DNA of 64,000 bases, taken from assembly GCF_964213995.1 (NCBI RefSeq), contig NC_135807.1, positions 140,678,001-140,742,000 on the forward strand, given 5' to 3'. Origin of the DNA: Mustelus asterias. Taxonomy: Eukaryota. Position 1 is the stretch's first letter. Each line of letters begins with the position of its first letter. Below the pieces are notes generated by a model. That model worked only from the letters and a program-made list of their open reading frames with translations. It searched no databases and had not been told where the DNA came from. A program made the position numbers and the translations under genes. Shown here piece after piece: positions 1 to 13,385 of the stretch.

Positions 1-2455
1 GTGAGTGCTGCTCTGACTGCACGGTGAGTGCTGCTCTGCCTGCACTGTGAGTGCTGCTCTGTCTGCACTGTGAGTGCTGCTCTGCCTGCATGGTGAGTGC
101 TGCTCTGACTGCACTGTGAGTGCTGCTCTGACTGCACGGTGAGTGCTGCTCTGCCTGCATGGTGAGTGCTGCTCCGTCTGCACTGTGAGTGCTGTTCTGA
201 CTGCACGGTGAGTGCTGCTCTGAAAGCACGGTGAGTGCTGCTCTGCCTGCACGGTGAGTGCTGCTCTGACTGCACGGTGAGTGCTGCTCTGTCTGCACGG
301 TGGGTGCTGCTCTGACTGCACGGTGAGTGCTGCTCTGACTGCACGGTGAGTGCTGCTCTGAAAGCACGGTGAGTGCTGCTCTGCCTGCACTGTGAGTGCT
401 GCTCCGCCTGCATGGTGAGTGCTGCTCCGTCTGCATGGTGAGTGCTGCTGTGCCTGCACGGTGAGTGCTGCTCCGCCTGCACGGTGAGTGCTGCTCTGTC
501 TGCACTGTGAGTGCTGCTCTGTCTGCACGGTGAGTGCTGCTCTGTCTGCACTGTGAGTGCTGCTCTGACTGCACGGTGAGTGCTGCTCTGTCTGCACGGT
601 GAGTGCTGCTCTGTCTGCACTGTGAGTGCTGCTCTGACTGCACGGTGAGTGCTGCTCTGTCTGCACTGTGAGTGCTGCTCTGTCTGCACTGTGAGTGCTG
701 CTCTGTCGGCACGGTGAGTGCTGCTCTGTCGGCACGGTGAGTGCTGCTCTGTCAGCACGGTGGGTGCTGCTCTGACTGCACGGTGAGTGCTGCTCTGTCT
801 GCACTGTGAGTGCTGCTCTGACTGCACGGTGAGTGCTGCTCTGTCGGCACGGTGAGTGCTGCTCTGACTGCACGGTGAGTGCTGCTCTGACTGCACTGTG
901 AGAGCTGCTCTGCCTGCATGGTGACTGCTGCTCTGCCTGCACGGTGAGTGCTGCTCTGTCTGCACTGTGAGTGCTGTTCTGTCTGCACGGTGAGTGCTGC
1001 TCTGACTGCACAGTGAGTGCTGCTCCGTCTGCACGGTGAGTGCTGCTCTGACTGCACGGTGAGTGCTGCTCCGACTGCACGGTGAGTGCTGCTCTGACTG
1101 CACGGTGAGTGCTGCTCTGTCTGCACGGTGAGTGCTGCTCTGACTGCACGGTGAGTGCTGCTCTGACTGCACGGTGAGTGCTGCTCTGCCTGCACTGTGA
1201 GTGCTGCTCTGTCTGCACTGTGAGTGCTGCTCTGCCTGCACGGTGAGTGCTGCTCTGACTGCACGGTGAGTGCTGCTCTGCCTGCACTGTGAGTGCTGCT
1301 CTGTCTGCATGGTGAGCGCTGCTCTGTCTGCACTGTGAGTGCTGCTCTGTCTGCACTGTGAGTGCTGCTCTGCCTGCACGGTGAGTGCTGCTCTGACTGC
1401 ACGGTGAGTGCTGCTCTGCCTGCACTGTGAGTGCTGCTCTGCCTGCACTGTGAGTGCTGCTCTGTCTGCACTGTGAGTGCTGCTCTGCCTGCATGGTGAG
1501 TGCTGCTCTGACTGCACAGTGAGTGCTGCTCTGACTGCAAGGTGAGTGCTGCTCCGACTGCACTGTGAGTGCTGCTCTGTCTGCACTGTGAGTGCTGCTC
1601 TGACTGCACTGTGAGTGCTGCTCTGACTGCACGGTGAGTGCTGCTCTGCCTGCATGGTGAGTGCTGCTCTGTCTGCACGGTGAGTGCTGCTCTGACTGCA
1701 TGGTGAGCGCTGCTCTGTCTGAACGGTGAGTACTGCTCTGTCTGCACTGTGAGTGCTGCTCTGACTGCACTGTGAGTGCTGCTCTGACTGCACGGTGAGT
1801 GCTGCTCTGTCTGAACGGTGAGTACTGCTCTGTCTGCACTGTGAGTGCTGCTCTGACTGCACTGTGAGCGCTGCTCTGTCTGCACGGTGAGTGCTGCTCT
1901 GACTGCATGGTGAGTGCTGCTGTGCCTGCACGGTGAGTGCTGCTCTGTCTGCACGGTGAGTGCTGCTCTGACTGCACGGTGAGTGCTGCTCTGTCTGCAC
2001 GGTGAGTGCTGCTCTGACTGCATGGTGAGTGCTGCTCTGACTGCACGGTGAGTACTGCTCTGTCTGCACTGTGCGTGCTGCTCTGACTGCATGGTGAGTG
2101 CTGCTCCACCTGCACGGTGAGTGCTGCTCCACCTGCACAGTGAGTGCTGCTCTGTCTGCACGGTGAGTGCTGCTCTGTCTGCACGGTGAGTGCTGCTCTG
2201 TCTGCACGGTGAGTGCTGCTCTGACTGCACGGTGAGTGCTGCTCTGTCTGCATGGTGAGTGCTGCTCTGTCTGCACGGTGAGTACTGCTCTGTCTGCACG
2301 GTGAGTGCTGCTCTGACTGCACGGTGAGTGCTGCTCTGTCTGCACGGTGAGTGCTGCTCTGACTGCACGGTGAGTGCTGCTCTGTCTGCACGGTGAGTGC
2401 TGCTCTGACTGCACGGTGAGTGCTGCTCCGTCTGCACGGTGAGTGCTGCGTGACT
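1..2455. repeat. 23-bp tandem satellite/minisatellite, about 107 copies visible, consensus GTGAGTGCTGCTCTG(A/T/C)CTGCAC(G/T); continues past the window start
   Basis: Period read directly (units at 1-23, 24-46, ...). The 561-aa minus-strand ORF is just the translated repeat. Confidence 0.97.
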
Positions 2456-5400
2456 GTGAGGAGCGCTTTTGGAGTTGGGTGAACACAGGGAGTTCGGTGA
2501 AACAAACAGCTGAGGCTACAGGGGAGAGTGCTGATTGGTCAGTAAGTGTTATTTTTTCTTTTTGCTTTTGGCATTGTAGTTGTTGTTGTACACAATTATA
2601 GTGTTTCTGTGTAATTTCTGTGGTTTATAGTTTGAAAAGGTTACACTCGGAAGTAACAAAGAGCAGGAAAGAAGGGCCCTAGAAAATTGGATATAATCTG
2701 AAACAAAACATCTTTCAAAAGTTTAAATTAAAGGGGTAAAACATGACAGGACAGCTCCAAGCCATGGTTTGCTCCTCTTGCTCCATGTGGGAGGCTGGGG
2801 ACAGTTCCAGTCCCCTGGGTCAGCATAGGTGCAGGAAATGTCTCCAGCTACAGCTCCTGGAAGCTCGAGTTTCAGAGCTGGAGCAGCGGCTGGAGACACT
2901 ATGGAGCATCCGCGAGTCAGGGAGTATTGTGGATAGCATGGATAGAGAGTTGGTCACACTGCAGGCTCAGATGCTGCAGGCAGGAAGGGAATGGGTAACC
3001 ACCAGATAGAGCAAGAGAGATAGGCAGGTAGTGCAGGAATCTCCTGTGGCCATTCCCCTGCAAAACAGATATACGGCTTTGGATACTGTGAGAGGAATGA
3101 CCTCTCTGGGGAAAGAAGCAGCAGACAAACTTTTTGCACCACAGTTGGTTCTGTTGCAGAAGGGAGGGATAAAAAGTGTCCCAGTGCAATAGTTATAGGG
3201 GATTCAATTGTAAGGGGAATAGATAGGCATTTCTGTGGCCGCAAACGAGACTCCAGGATGGTATTTTGCCTCCCTGGTGCTTGGGTCAAGGATGTCTCGG
3301 AGCGGCTGCAGGACATTCTGAAGGGAGAGGGCGAACAGCCAGTGGTCGTGGTACACATCGGTACAAACGACAGGTAAAAACAGGGATGAGGTCCTAAAAG
3401 CAGGATGCAGGGAGCTAGGAAAAAAGTTAAGAAATCGGACTTCAAAGGTAGTGATCTCAGGATTACTACCGGTGCCACGTGCTAGTCAGAGTAGAAATGA
3501 GAGAATATATCGGATAAATACGTGGCTGAAGAGATGGTGTCAGGGGGAGGGTTTCAGATTCCTGGGGCATTGGGACCGGTTCTGGGGGAGGTGGGACCTG
3601 TACAAATTGGATGGGTTACACCTGGGCAGGACTGGGACTGATGTCCTAGGGGAAGTGTTTGCTAGAGCAGTTGGAGAGGGTTTAAATTAATATGCTAGGG
3701 GGATGGGAACCTATGCAAGGAGTCCGAGAAGGAGGGAGCAAGGACAAAATGTGGGGAGTAGGTTCCAACTACATCAAAAATCAGGAAAAAAGTTAGAGGG
3801 AAGGAGAACTCGGGAGATGTTATTAATGGAAGTGTTAGAATTCAAAAAGAAGGTACAAAAACTCGCATCAGGGCACTTTATCTGAATGCTCGCAGCATTC
3901 AAAACAAGGTAAATGAGTTGACAGCACAAATCATTGCGGATGAGTATGATTTGGTGGCCATTACAGAGACATGGTTGCAGGATGGTCACGACTGGGAGTT
4001 GAATATCCAGGGGTATCAAACTGTTCGGAGGGACTGACAGGAAGGTAAGGGAGATGGCGTAGCTCTGATATTTAAGGATGACATCAGGGAAGTAGTGAGA
4101 GATGATATAGGTTCTATGGAAAAAAAGGTTGAATCCATTTGGGTGGAAATTGGAAATAGTAAGGAGAAAAAGTCACTGATAGGCGTAGTCTATAGGCCAC
4201 GAAATAATGACATCATGGTGGGGCAAGAAATAAACAAAGAAATAACTGATGCATGTAAAAATGGTGCAGCAATTATCATGGGGGATTTTAATCTACATAT
4301 CAATTGGTCAAACCAGGTCGGTCAAGGCAGCCTTGAGGAAGAATGCATCCGTGATAGCTTCCTTAAACAGTATGTAATAGAACTGACAAGGGAGCAAGCT
4401 ATCCTAGATCCGGTCCTTTGTAACGAGACAGGAATAATTAATGATCTTGCAGTTAGGGATCTGCGTGGAAGAAGCGATTATAGTATGGTTGAATTTAAAA
4501 TACAGATGGAACGTGAGAAGGTAAAATCTAATACCAGTGTCTTGTGCTTAAACAAAGAAGACTACAAAGGGATGAGGGAGGAGTTGGCTAAGGTAGACTG
4601 GGAGCAAAAACTTTATGTTGCGACAATTGAGGAACAGTGGAGGACTTTCAAAGCGATCTTTCACAGTGCTCAGCAAAAGTATATACCAGTGATAAGGAAG
4701 GACTGTAGAGAATGAGATAATCAGCCATGGATATCTAAGGAAATAAAGAAGGGTACCAAACTGAAAGAAAATGCATACAAAGTGGCAAAGATTAGTGGGA
4801 ACCTAGAGGATTGGGAAATCTTTAAAGGTCAGCAGAAAGCCACGAAAAAAGCTATAAAGAAAAGTAAGATGGATTATGAGAGTAAACTAGCTCAGAATAT
4901 AAAAACAGAGAGCAAACGTTTCTACAAATATATAAAACGAAAAAGAGTGGCTAAAGTAAACATTGGTCCTTTAGAGGACGAGAAGGGGGATGTAATAACT
5001 GGAAATGAGAAAATGGCTGAGGCATTGAACAGGTATTTTGTGTCGGTCTTCACAGTGGAAGACACAAATAACATGCCAAAAATTGATGACAGGAAGGCTA
5101 TGGCCGGTGAGAACCTAGAAACTATCATTATCACGAAAGAGGCAGTGTTGGGTAAGTTAATGAGGCTAAAGGTAGACAAGTCTCCTGGCCCTGATGGAAT
5201 GCATCCCAGGGACTAAAAGAGATGGCGGGAGAAATAGCAAATGCACTAGTGATAATTTACCAAAATTTGCTGGACTCTGGGGTGGTTCCCGCAGATTGGA
5301 AAACAGCAAATGTGACGCCACTGTTTAAAAAAGGAGATAGACAAAAGGCAGGTAACTATAGGCCGGTTAGCTTAACTTCTGTAGTAGGGAAAATGCTTGA

Positions 5401-6735
5401 ATCTAACATCAAGGAAGAAATAGCGAGACATCTGGATATAAATTGTCCCATTGGTAAGACGCAGCATGGGTTCATGCAGGGAAGATCATGTTTGATTAAT
5501 TTGGTGGAATTCTTTGAGGACATTACATGCGCAGTGGACAATGGGGAACCTGTGGATGTGGTGTATCTGGATTTCCAGAAGGCATTTGACAAGGTGCCGC
5601 ACCAAAGGCAGCTACATAAAATAAAGGCGCACGGTGTTACAGGTAATGTATTAGCATGGATAGAGGATTGGTTAACTAACAGAAAGCAAAGAGTGGGGGT
5701 AAATGGGTGTTTTTCTGGTTGGCGATCAGTGACTAGCAGTGTGCCTCAGGGATCAGTGTTGGGACCGCAACTGTTTACGATTTCCATAGATGATTTGGAG
5801 TTGGGGACCAAGTGTAGTGTGTCAAAATTCGCAGATGACACTAAGATGGGTGGCAGAGCAAAGTGTGCAGAGAATGTTGAAAGTCTGCAAAAGGATATAG
5901 TCTAAGTGAGTGGGCGAGGGTCTGGCAGATGGAGTACAATATTGGTAAATGTGAGATTATCCATTTTGGTAGGAATAACAGCAAAATGGACTATTATTTA
6001 AATGCTAAAAAATTGCAGCATGCTCTTGTGCAGAGGGACCTGGGTGTCCTTGTGCAGGAATCTCAAGGAGTTGGTTTGCAGGTGCAGCAGATAATTAAGA
6101 AGGCAAATGGAATTGCTAGAGGGATGGAGTTTAAAAACAGCGAGGTTATGTTGCAGCTGTATAAGCTGCTGGTGAGGCCACACCTGGAGTACTGTGTACA
6201 GTTTTGGTCTCCTTACTTGAGAAAGGATATACTGGCACTGGAGGGGGTGCAGAGGTTGATTCCGGAGTTGAGAGAGTTGGCTTATGAGGAGAGACAGAGT
6301 AGACTGGGGCTATACTCATTGGAATGCAGAAGAATGAGGGGAGATCTTATAGAAACATATAAGATTATGAAAGTAATAGATAAGATAGAAGCAGGGAAGT
6401 TGTTTCCACTGGCGGGTGAAACTAGAACTAGGGGGCATAGCCTCAAAATAAGGGTAAGCAGATTTAGGACTGAGTTGAGGAGGAACTTCTTCACACAAAG
6501 GGTTGTGAATCTGTGGAATTCCGTGCCCAGTGAAGCAGTTGAGGCTACTTCATTGAATGTTTTTAAGGCAAGGATAAGTAAAGTTTTGAACAGTAAAGGA
6601 ATTAAGGATATGGTGAGTGGGCGGGTAAGTGGAGCTGCGTCCACAAAAAGATCAGCCATGATCTTATTGAATGGTGGAGCAGGCTCGAGGGGCCAGATGG
6701 CCTACTCCTGCTCCTAGTTCTTATGTTCTTATGTT
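2456..6735 (+). mobile_element. Near full-length, decayed CR1-clade LINE (ORF1 zinc finger + SGNH esterase; ORF2 APE endonuclease + RT)
   Basis: Fragmented ORFs with CSSCSMW, DGLHL, GDFN, PGPDG, YLDFQKAFDKV, SVPQGSVLGP and KFADDTK motifs. Several stops and frameshifts. 3' (TTCTTATG)n tail near 6718-6735. Confidence 0.93.
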
Positions 6736-9140
6736 CTAACCTATGCCCCCGAGTAATTGATCCTTCGACCCTGGGAAAAAGACTCGATGACTATCCGCTC
6801 TATCCAAGCCTGCAGTAATCTTGTAAACCTCCATCAGTTCCCCTCTCATCCTCCGATGCTCCAATGAAAACAATCCAAGTTTGTTCAACCTTTCTTCATA
6901 GTCCATATCCTCCAAACCAGGCAACATTCTGGTAAATCTCTTCTGCACCCTCTCCAATGCAGCAACATCCTTCCGGTCGTGTGGCGACTAGAATTGTACA
7001 CAATACTCCAAATGCAGCCTAACTAAAGTCTTATACAGCTGCAGCATGATTCTCCAATTCCTATACTCAGCGTCCTGACTGATGAAGGCCAGCCTGCCAC
7101 ACATCTTCTTGACCACTTGTCCACCTGAGTTGCCATCTCCAGGGAACTGTGGATCTGCACGCCTAGGTCCCTCTGTATGCTAATATTTCTAAGGGCTCTA
7201 CAATTTACTGTATACTTTCCTTCTACAGTAGACCTTCCAAATCGCATCACCTCACATTTTTCCAGGTTAAATTCCATCTGCTATCTTTTGGCCCAGGTCT
7301 CCAGCCAATTTATATCCTGCTGTACCCTCTGACAATCCTCCTCACCATCTACTACTCCCCCAATTTTTGTATCATCTGCAAATTTGCTAATCGGACCATC
7401 TACATTTACCTCCAAACCATTTATATATATTACAAACAACAGAGGCCCCAGCACTGATCCTTGTGGAACACCGCTTGTCACAGACCTCCAGTTAGAAAAG
7501 TACCCTTCCACTGCTACTCTCTGCTTTCTATGTCCAAGCCAGTTTTGTACCCATCTTACCAGCTCACCTCGCATCTCATATGACTTCACCTTCTGTATCA
7601 GCCTGCCATGAGGAACCTTATCGAAGGCTTTACTAAAGTCCATGTTTACAACATCCACTGCCCTGCCCTGGTCAATTTTTCTTGTCACTTCCTCAAAGAA
7701 CTCAATCAAGTTTGTGAGACACGACCTCCCTGCACAAAACCATGCTGCCTATCGCTAATAAGCCAATTCTCTTTCAGATGTGAATACGTCCTGTCCCTAA
7801 GAATCTTCCCCAATAATTCCCCCACCACTGATGTAAGGCTCACAGGCCTGTAATTTCCCAGATTGTGTCTTCTGTCTTTCTTAAACAGAGGAACAATGTT
7901 AGCTAATCTCCAATCCTCTGGTTCCTCACCGGTGGCTAAAGAGGATACAAAGATTTTGGCCAAGGCCTCAGCAATTTCCTCCCTCACCTCTTTCAAGTAT
8001 TCTAGGATAGACCCTATCTGGCCCTGGGGACTTGTCCACCTTAATGTTTTTCAATACCTCCTCCCTTTTTATCTCAACATGTCCTAGAATGTCATCATCC
8101 TCCTTTCTACACTCCTCATCCTTCTCCTTTGTGAATAGTGATGTAAAGTACTCGATGAGGACCTCACCCACCTCATCTGGGTCCACACACAAAATCCCTC
8201 CACTGTCCTTGAGTGGACGCACCCTTTCCTTAGTTACTCTCTTCCTCCTTATATATGCATAAAAAGCCTTGGGCTTCTCCTTAATCCTGCCTGCCAAGGA
8301 CATTTCATGGCCTCTTTTTGCCCTCCTAAGTCCTGTTTAAGCTCTTTCCTGCTATATTTGTATTCCTCAAGAGCCTTATCCATTTTCAATTTCCTGAAAT
8401 TTATGTATGCCTCCTTCTTCTTTTTCACTAAGCTCACAATCTCTCTTGTCATCCAGGGTTCCTGAATCTTGCCATCTTTATCCTTCATTTTTACAGGGAC
8501 ATACTTGTCCTGAATTGTTAACAACTGCTATTAAAGGACTCCCACATTTTGGATGTGGATTTCCCTCAAACAGCCGCCCCCAGTCCACATTCTCGAGCTC
8601 CTGCCTAATACTGGCATAGTTAGCCTTCCTCCAGTTTAGTACTTTCACTCTGGGACTATTTCTATTCTTTTCTACAAGTATCTTCAAGCATCTAGATCTT
8701 GGAATGATCAGCTGTCAGTCCTGCCCTTCTTTCATCCAAGTCTCTGTAATTTCCACAACATCATAGTTCTATGTATTAATCCAAGCTTTAAGTTCATCCA
8801 CCTTACCTGTCATACTCCTTGTGCCAAAGCAAACAAACCCAGACCATCAGTCCTGTCATATTTTGTACACTCTCCCTGTGTTTTATTTCTCTTAGCCTTA
8901 CTGGACCCATTCACTGAGTTCTCCATAGTCTCTGTACTCTGTACTGTGGCCCTTTTTGATTTTTGTCTTTGGTTTCTCTGCCTTTCACTTTTCCCTTTAC
9001 TGCCTTTTGCTTCTGTCCCCACTTTACTTCCTTCTGACTTCCTGCCTCGGTTCCCACCCCCCTGCCACATTAGTTCAAACCCTCCCCAACAGCATTAGCA
9101 AAGACTCCCCCTAGGACATTGGTTCCAGTCCTGTCCAGTT
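6736..9140 (-). mobile_element. Decayed CR1 LINE fragments (ORF2 plus ORF1/ORF2 junction), tail-to-tail with the previous element
   Basis: Minus-strand ORFs with MDFSKAFDKVPH, GVPQGSVLGP, KFADDTK and NYRPVSLTS. Confidence 0.88.
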
Positions 9141-10132
9141 TCTTGTACGAATACAGCAAGGTCCCTCTGAACAGCAACACTCTCAGAATGTGTGAAAGAC
9201 AGAAAATGAGAGAAACAAATGGAAAAAGAACCTAAAATAAGAATGAGAAAAATAGAAAAAGGAAAGAGAAAGAACAAAATAGAGAAGGAGATGTTTTAAT
9301 TTGTTCATGGGATGTGGGCATTGCTGGCTGGGCCAAAGACAAAGCAAAAAGGGGTGAGAGAGAGAGAAATAGCGAGAGAGACAGGAAGAAAGAGGAAGGA
9401 GAGAGAATGCAGAGGGAAGAAAAGATAGCGAGAAAGAAAAATAAAAAGAAAGAGCGAGCTACGCACTTGGCAGCAACAATGGGGATAAGGATTATTTTTA
9501 GGGGGAGTGAAAGTAAACTCAGTGATCAATAGTCCAACCAGCTAAAAGCAGCAATCACAAAGGCAATGAAAAGTTCGCCTTCAATAATCAGAAGAGGTAA
9601 CGGGCAGACTGTATAGAACCTCGAGTTAGATGACATGGAGTAATGATTCCCCCTCTAGTCACTCAGGCACAAACACAGGATACATTAATGTACTGCAGGC
9701 AGTGCACAGACTGAAGGATGGTCCTAATGTCAGGAGCACAAATACTGGAGAGATTTGGGGCCCTGGTTCTGACCAGGAGGTGTTGGGGAGGTGTCCTTCC
9801 AGCTGTGTAAGATTGTTACTGGAACGGGAATTGTAGATCTGTTACTTTGAAACTGTCTGAATGGGGCAAGGAAACTTGGAGAAACCTGGTAGGATGAACC
9901 ACCAGAAAACTGGTCACAGCGAGTGAATGGACTTCATAGTTGCGATGAAAGGCGGATTGAAGCGAGAGTCAACAACAAGATGAAACATCACAACCGCCAA
10001 ATGGAAACGACAGCCTGAGGCGACGTGGAGATTCAATATTGGGTAAAACCGATTGACATAATTTCCGGCATCGCAGCGACCTAGTGACAGTTATTAGTAA
10101 ACCCGGATCAGTTCAATGTTGGACACGCAAAC

Positions 10133-10175
10133 ATGAAGGGTCACATTGTTATGATTTTACTAACCTCTTTCCTCA
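10133..10175 (+). CDS. TRGV: TCR gamma V1 leader exon (MKGHIVMILLTSFL, phase-1 donor GTCAGT)
   Basis: ATG at 10133, hydrophobic signal peptide, GT donor at 10176, in phase with the V exon acceptor. Confidence 0.85.
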
Positions 10176-10279
10176 GTCAGTATTGGAGGTTCCAACTGAT
10201 TATTTTTCATATTCATCATTCTGCTCCCCGTCCCTTATTGACAAATCATCTGACTGATTTGTGTTTTTATCTCCTGCAG

Positions 10280-10587
10280 GGGAAGCTGACGCTCAAACGT
10301 TAACACAATCTCCACTTTCCATGACCAAGAGTCAGAGGAAGACTGTCCGGTTTGAGTGTAAGATCGACGGAACAGACTTCGAGAGTGCCGTTATCCATTG
10401 GTACCGGCAAAGCCCTGGCCAAGGGTTGCAACGCATGTTATATTATAAGAATCCATCCGAGACTGCTCATGATATGACCAATAAAGTATTATTTCCTGAA
10501 AAAAGACTAGCAAGCAAAACCTGCAGTCTGCTGCTGCGGGATATCAAGGAGGATGACTCCGGAATCTATTACTGTGCTTTATGGAGT
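10280..10587 (+). CDS. TRGV: TCR gamma variable exon V1 (EADAQTLTQSP...FEC...IHWYRQ...EDDSGIYYCALWS)
   Basis: Polypyrimidine tract + CAG acceptor ending at 10279. V-set Cys/Trp/Cys framework, TRGV-type IHWY and YYCAxW motifs, directly followed by an RSS. Confidence 0.95.
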
Positions 10588-10626
10588 CACAGTGACTGAA
10601 AGCATAGGGAAACCCATACAAAAACC
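10588..10626 (+). promoter_or_regulatory. V1 recombination signal sequence, 23-bp spacer (CACAGTG-23-ACAAAAACC)
   Basis: Perfect consensus heptamer (10588-10594) and nonamer (10618-10626). Confidence 0.97.
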
Positions 10627-12391
10627 CAACACCATGCCATGCTCATTCTGTGCAAGCTGCTCATACACAAAACACATCTGGAGCCTTTGGAGATTTCCAT
10701 CCAGCTTTGAACTCCACCGGGGGCTGGCTGGATACCATGTTATTTTCATCATCTTATTTGCATATTATTTTTTCACTTGAATCAATAAAATTACTTTGTT
10801 AAACCCATGAGATTTAAGTATGACAATTCTGACTTGATTCGAAAATGGATACAATTCTCACACTGTTTCAATGAATGGCTCCGTCTGCTTAATCACATTA
10901 TAGGAAGAGCCTGAAACTTCCTGTGGTCAAACGGCCGTCAATGAATATGCACCAAACTAACAAACTAACTTTCTCAGTCCTAACTATATAAGGCAATAGG
11001 AACAAGAGGAGCCCATTCAGTGGAACCATGACTGATCTGTGACTTAACTCCATTTACTCACTTTTGGCTCCTCCATTTACTCACTTTTGGCTCCACATGG
11101 CATTATTGGAAAGGATAGTATTGTTGTAATGTTACTCATGGTAATAGTGGTGATAGTTTAGTGGCAATTTGCTAGTGTAATAGTGAATCCCGCTGAGGTT
11201 ATTCTAAACCTTGCCCCTTGCCAGTGCTCGGTGACCCCTCAGGTTAAATCACCACCAATCAGCTCCCTCCCTCGAAATGGTCTATGGCCTATAGTCATCG
11301 GGGCTATGGTGACATCACCTTGAGGTAATAGCATAGTGGTAATTTCCTAGTGGTAATAGTGGTGATGGTACAATATAATGTTCTTCGGGGTGACTAGTAT
11401 AGTGGTAATATTACCTGGCTAGCAACCCTGAGCCTGACAGAGACATGAACTCCAAATTCCACTTTGATGGTTGTGGAACTTAAATAAACAAAAGCTCGAC
11501 TTAGTAATGATGACTATGAAGCGACTGAACTGTCTATAAAAACACAATTGGTTTAAGAATGCCCTTTAAGAGAAGGAAATCTGTCATTCTGTATATAACT
11601 CCAGCCTTATGACATAATGACTGATTCTAAATAGCCCTCTCAAATTTTCCAGAAAGCCAACAGGTTGCATGGAACTGCCAGAGAAAAATCAACTGAGGAT
11701 CACAAAACCACAGAATTGTCATGGTGCAGAAGGGGGCCTTTTGGCCCATCATGTCTATGCTGACTCTCCAAATGCACAACTCACCTAGTGCCATTCCCCA
11801 ACCTCCACCCCATCTGCTGTAACTCTGCACATTCTTCCTTTTCAGATAATAATCGAATTGTGATTGAATACTTTGATTAAACTGGCCTCCACCAGACTCT
11901 CAGGAAATGCATTCCACACCCTTACCGCTCATTGCGCAAAATAAGTCCCCTCATATCAATTTTACTAATAACTACATAACATCTGGGATCTTGTGCCCAA
12001 AACTAGTCAAGCATCACACTCACAGAATCATACCTTGCTGCCAATGTCCCATTTCCTCCATCACTATACCCACATATGTTTGTATGTGACATGCACACAG
12101 TGATATATAAGTGGGAGAAAGTGGCCCTGGGAGTCCAAAACATTTGCATCTGGAACCCATGAAGATTCATGTCAACAAGTCTAAAATGGATGAGGAAACC
12201 TTTAATTGATTATCATGTACTGTCCTCCCTCAACCAATGAATCGGTATAACTCCACATTAAACAACATTAGAAACAGCAAACACTATGGGCCCTGACAAT
12301 ATCCTGGTTATTATGGAGAAGATTTGTGCTCCAGAACTGGCCATGCCCCTAGTCAAGGAATTTCAGTGCAGCCACAACTACAATACTGATA

Positions 12392-13385
12392 TAGAAACAT
12401 AGAACATAGAAAAACTACAGCACAAAACAGGCCCTTCGGCCCACAAGTTGTGCCGAACACATCCCTACCTTCTAGACCTACCTATAACCCTCCATCCTAT
12501 TAAGTCCCATGTACTCATCCAGGAGTCTCTTAAAAGACCCTATTGAGTTTGCCTCCACCACTACTGACGGCAGCCGATTCCACTCGCCCACCACCCTCTG
12601 TGTGAAAAACTTCCCCCTAACATTTCCCCTGTACCTACCCCCCAGCACCCTAAACCTGTGTCCTCTCGTAGCAGACATTTCCACCCTGGGAAAAAGCCTC
12701 TGAGAGTCCACCCGATCTATGCCTCTCAACATCTTATACACCTCAAAGAACAAAGAACAGTACAGCACAGGAAACAGGCCCTTCGGCCCTCCAAGCCTGT
12801 GCCGCTCCTTGGTCCAACTAGACCAATCGTTTGTATCCCTCCATTCCCAGGCTGCTCATGTGACTATCCAGGTAAGTCTTAAACGATGTCAGCGTGCCTG
12901 CCTCCACCACCCTACTTGGCAGCGCATTCCAGGCCCCCACCACCCTCTGTGTAAAAAACATCCCTCTGATGTCTGAGTTATACTTCGCCCCTCTCAGCTT
13001 GAGCCCGTGACCCCTCGTGATCCTCTATTAGGTCTCCTCTCATCCTACGTCTCTCCAAGGAGAAAAGACCGAGCTCCCTCAGCCTATCCTCATAAGGCAT
13101 GCCACTCAATCCAGGCAACATCCTTGTAAATCTCCTCTGCACCCTTTCAGTCTTTTCCACATCCTTCCTATAGTGAGGCGACCAGAACTGAGCACAGTAC
13201 TCCAAGTGGGGTCTGACGAGGGTCTTATATAGCTGCATCATTATCCCCGGACTCCTAAACTCAATCCCTCGATTGATAAAGGCCAGCACACCATACGCCT
13301 TCTTAACCACCTCCTCCACCTGCGGGGCCGATTTCAGAGTCCTATGGACCCGGACCCCAAGGTCCTTCTGATCCTCTACAGTACT
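12392..13385 (-). mobile_element. CR1 3' fragment with a younger CR1 3' end nested in it (12745-13022); both sit in an old L2-like fragment
   Basis: Two separate CR1 tails. The outer ORF2 resumes after the insert, which has a short CTC duplication. The insert matches about 42938-43216 almost exactly. Confidence 0.85.

Noticed and set aside
752-2437. 561-aa repetitive ORF, and CRISPR-like appearance of the array
   Set aside because: It is the translation of a 23-bp satellite. Units are contiguous with no unique spacers and there are no cas genes; the context is eukaryotic.
9180-9532. K/E/R-rich ORF 9314-9532 and its antisense partners
   Set aside because: Purine-rich low-complexity sequence with no splice or domain support
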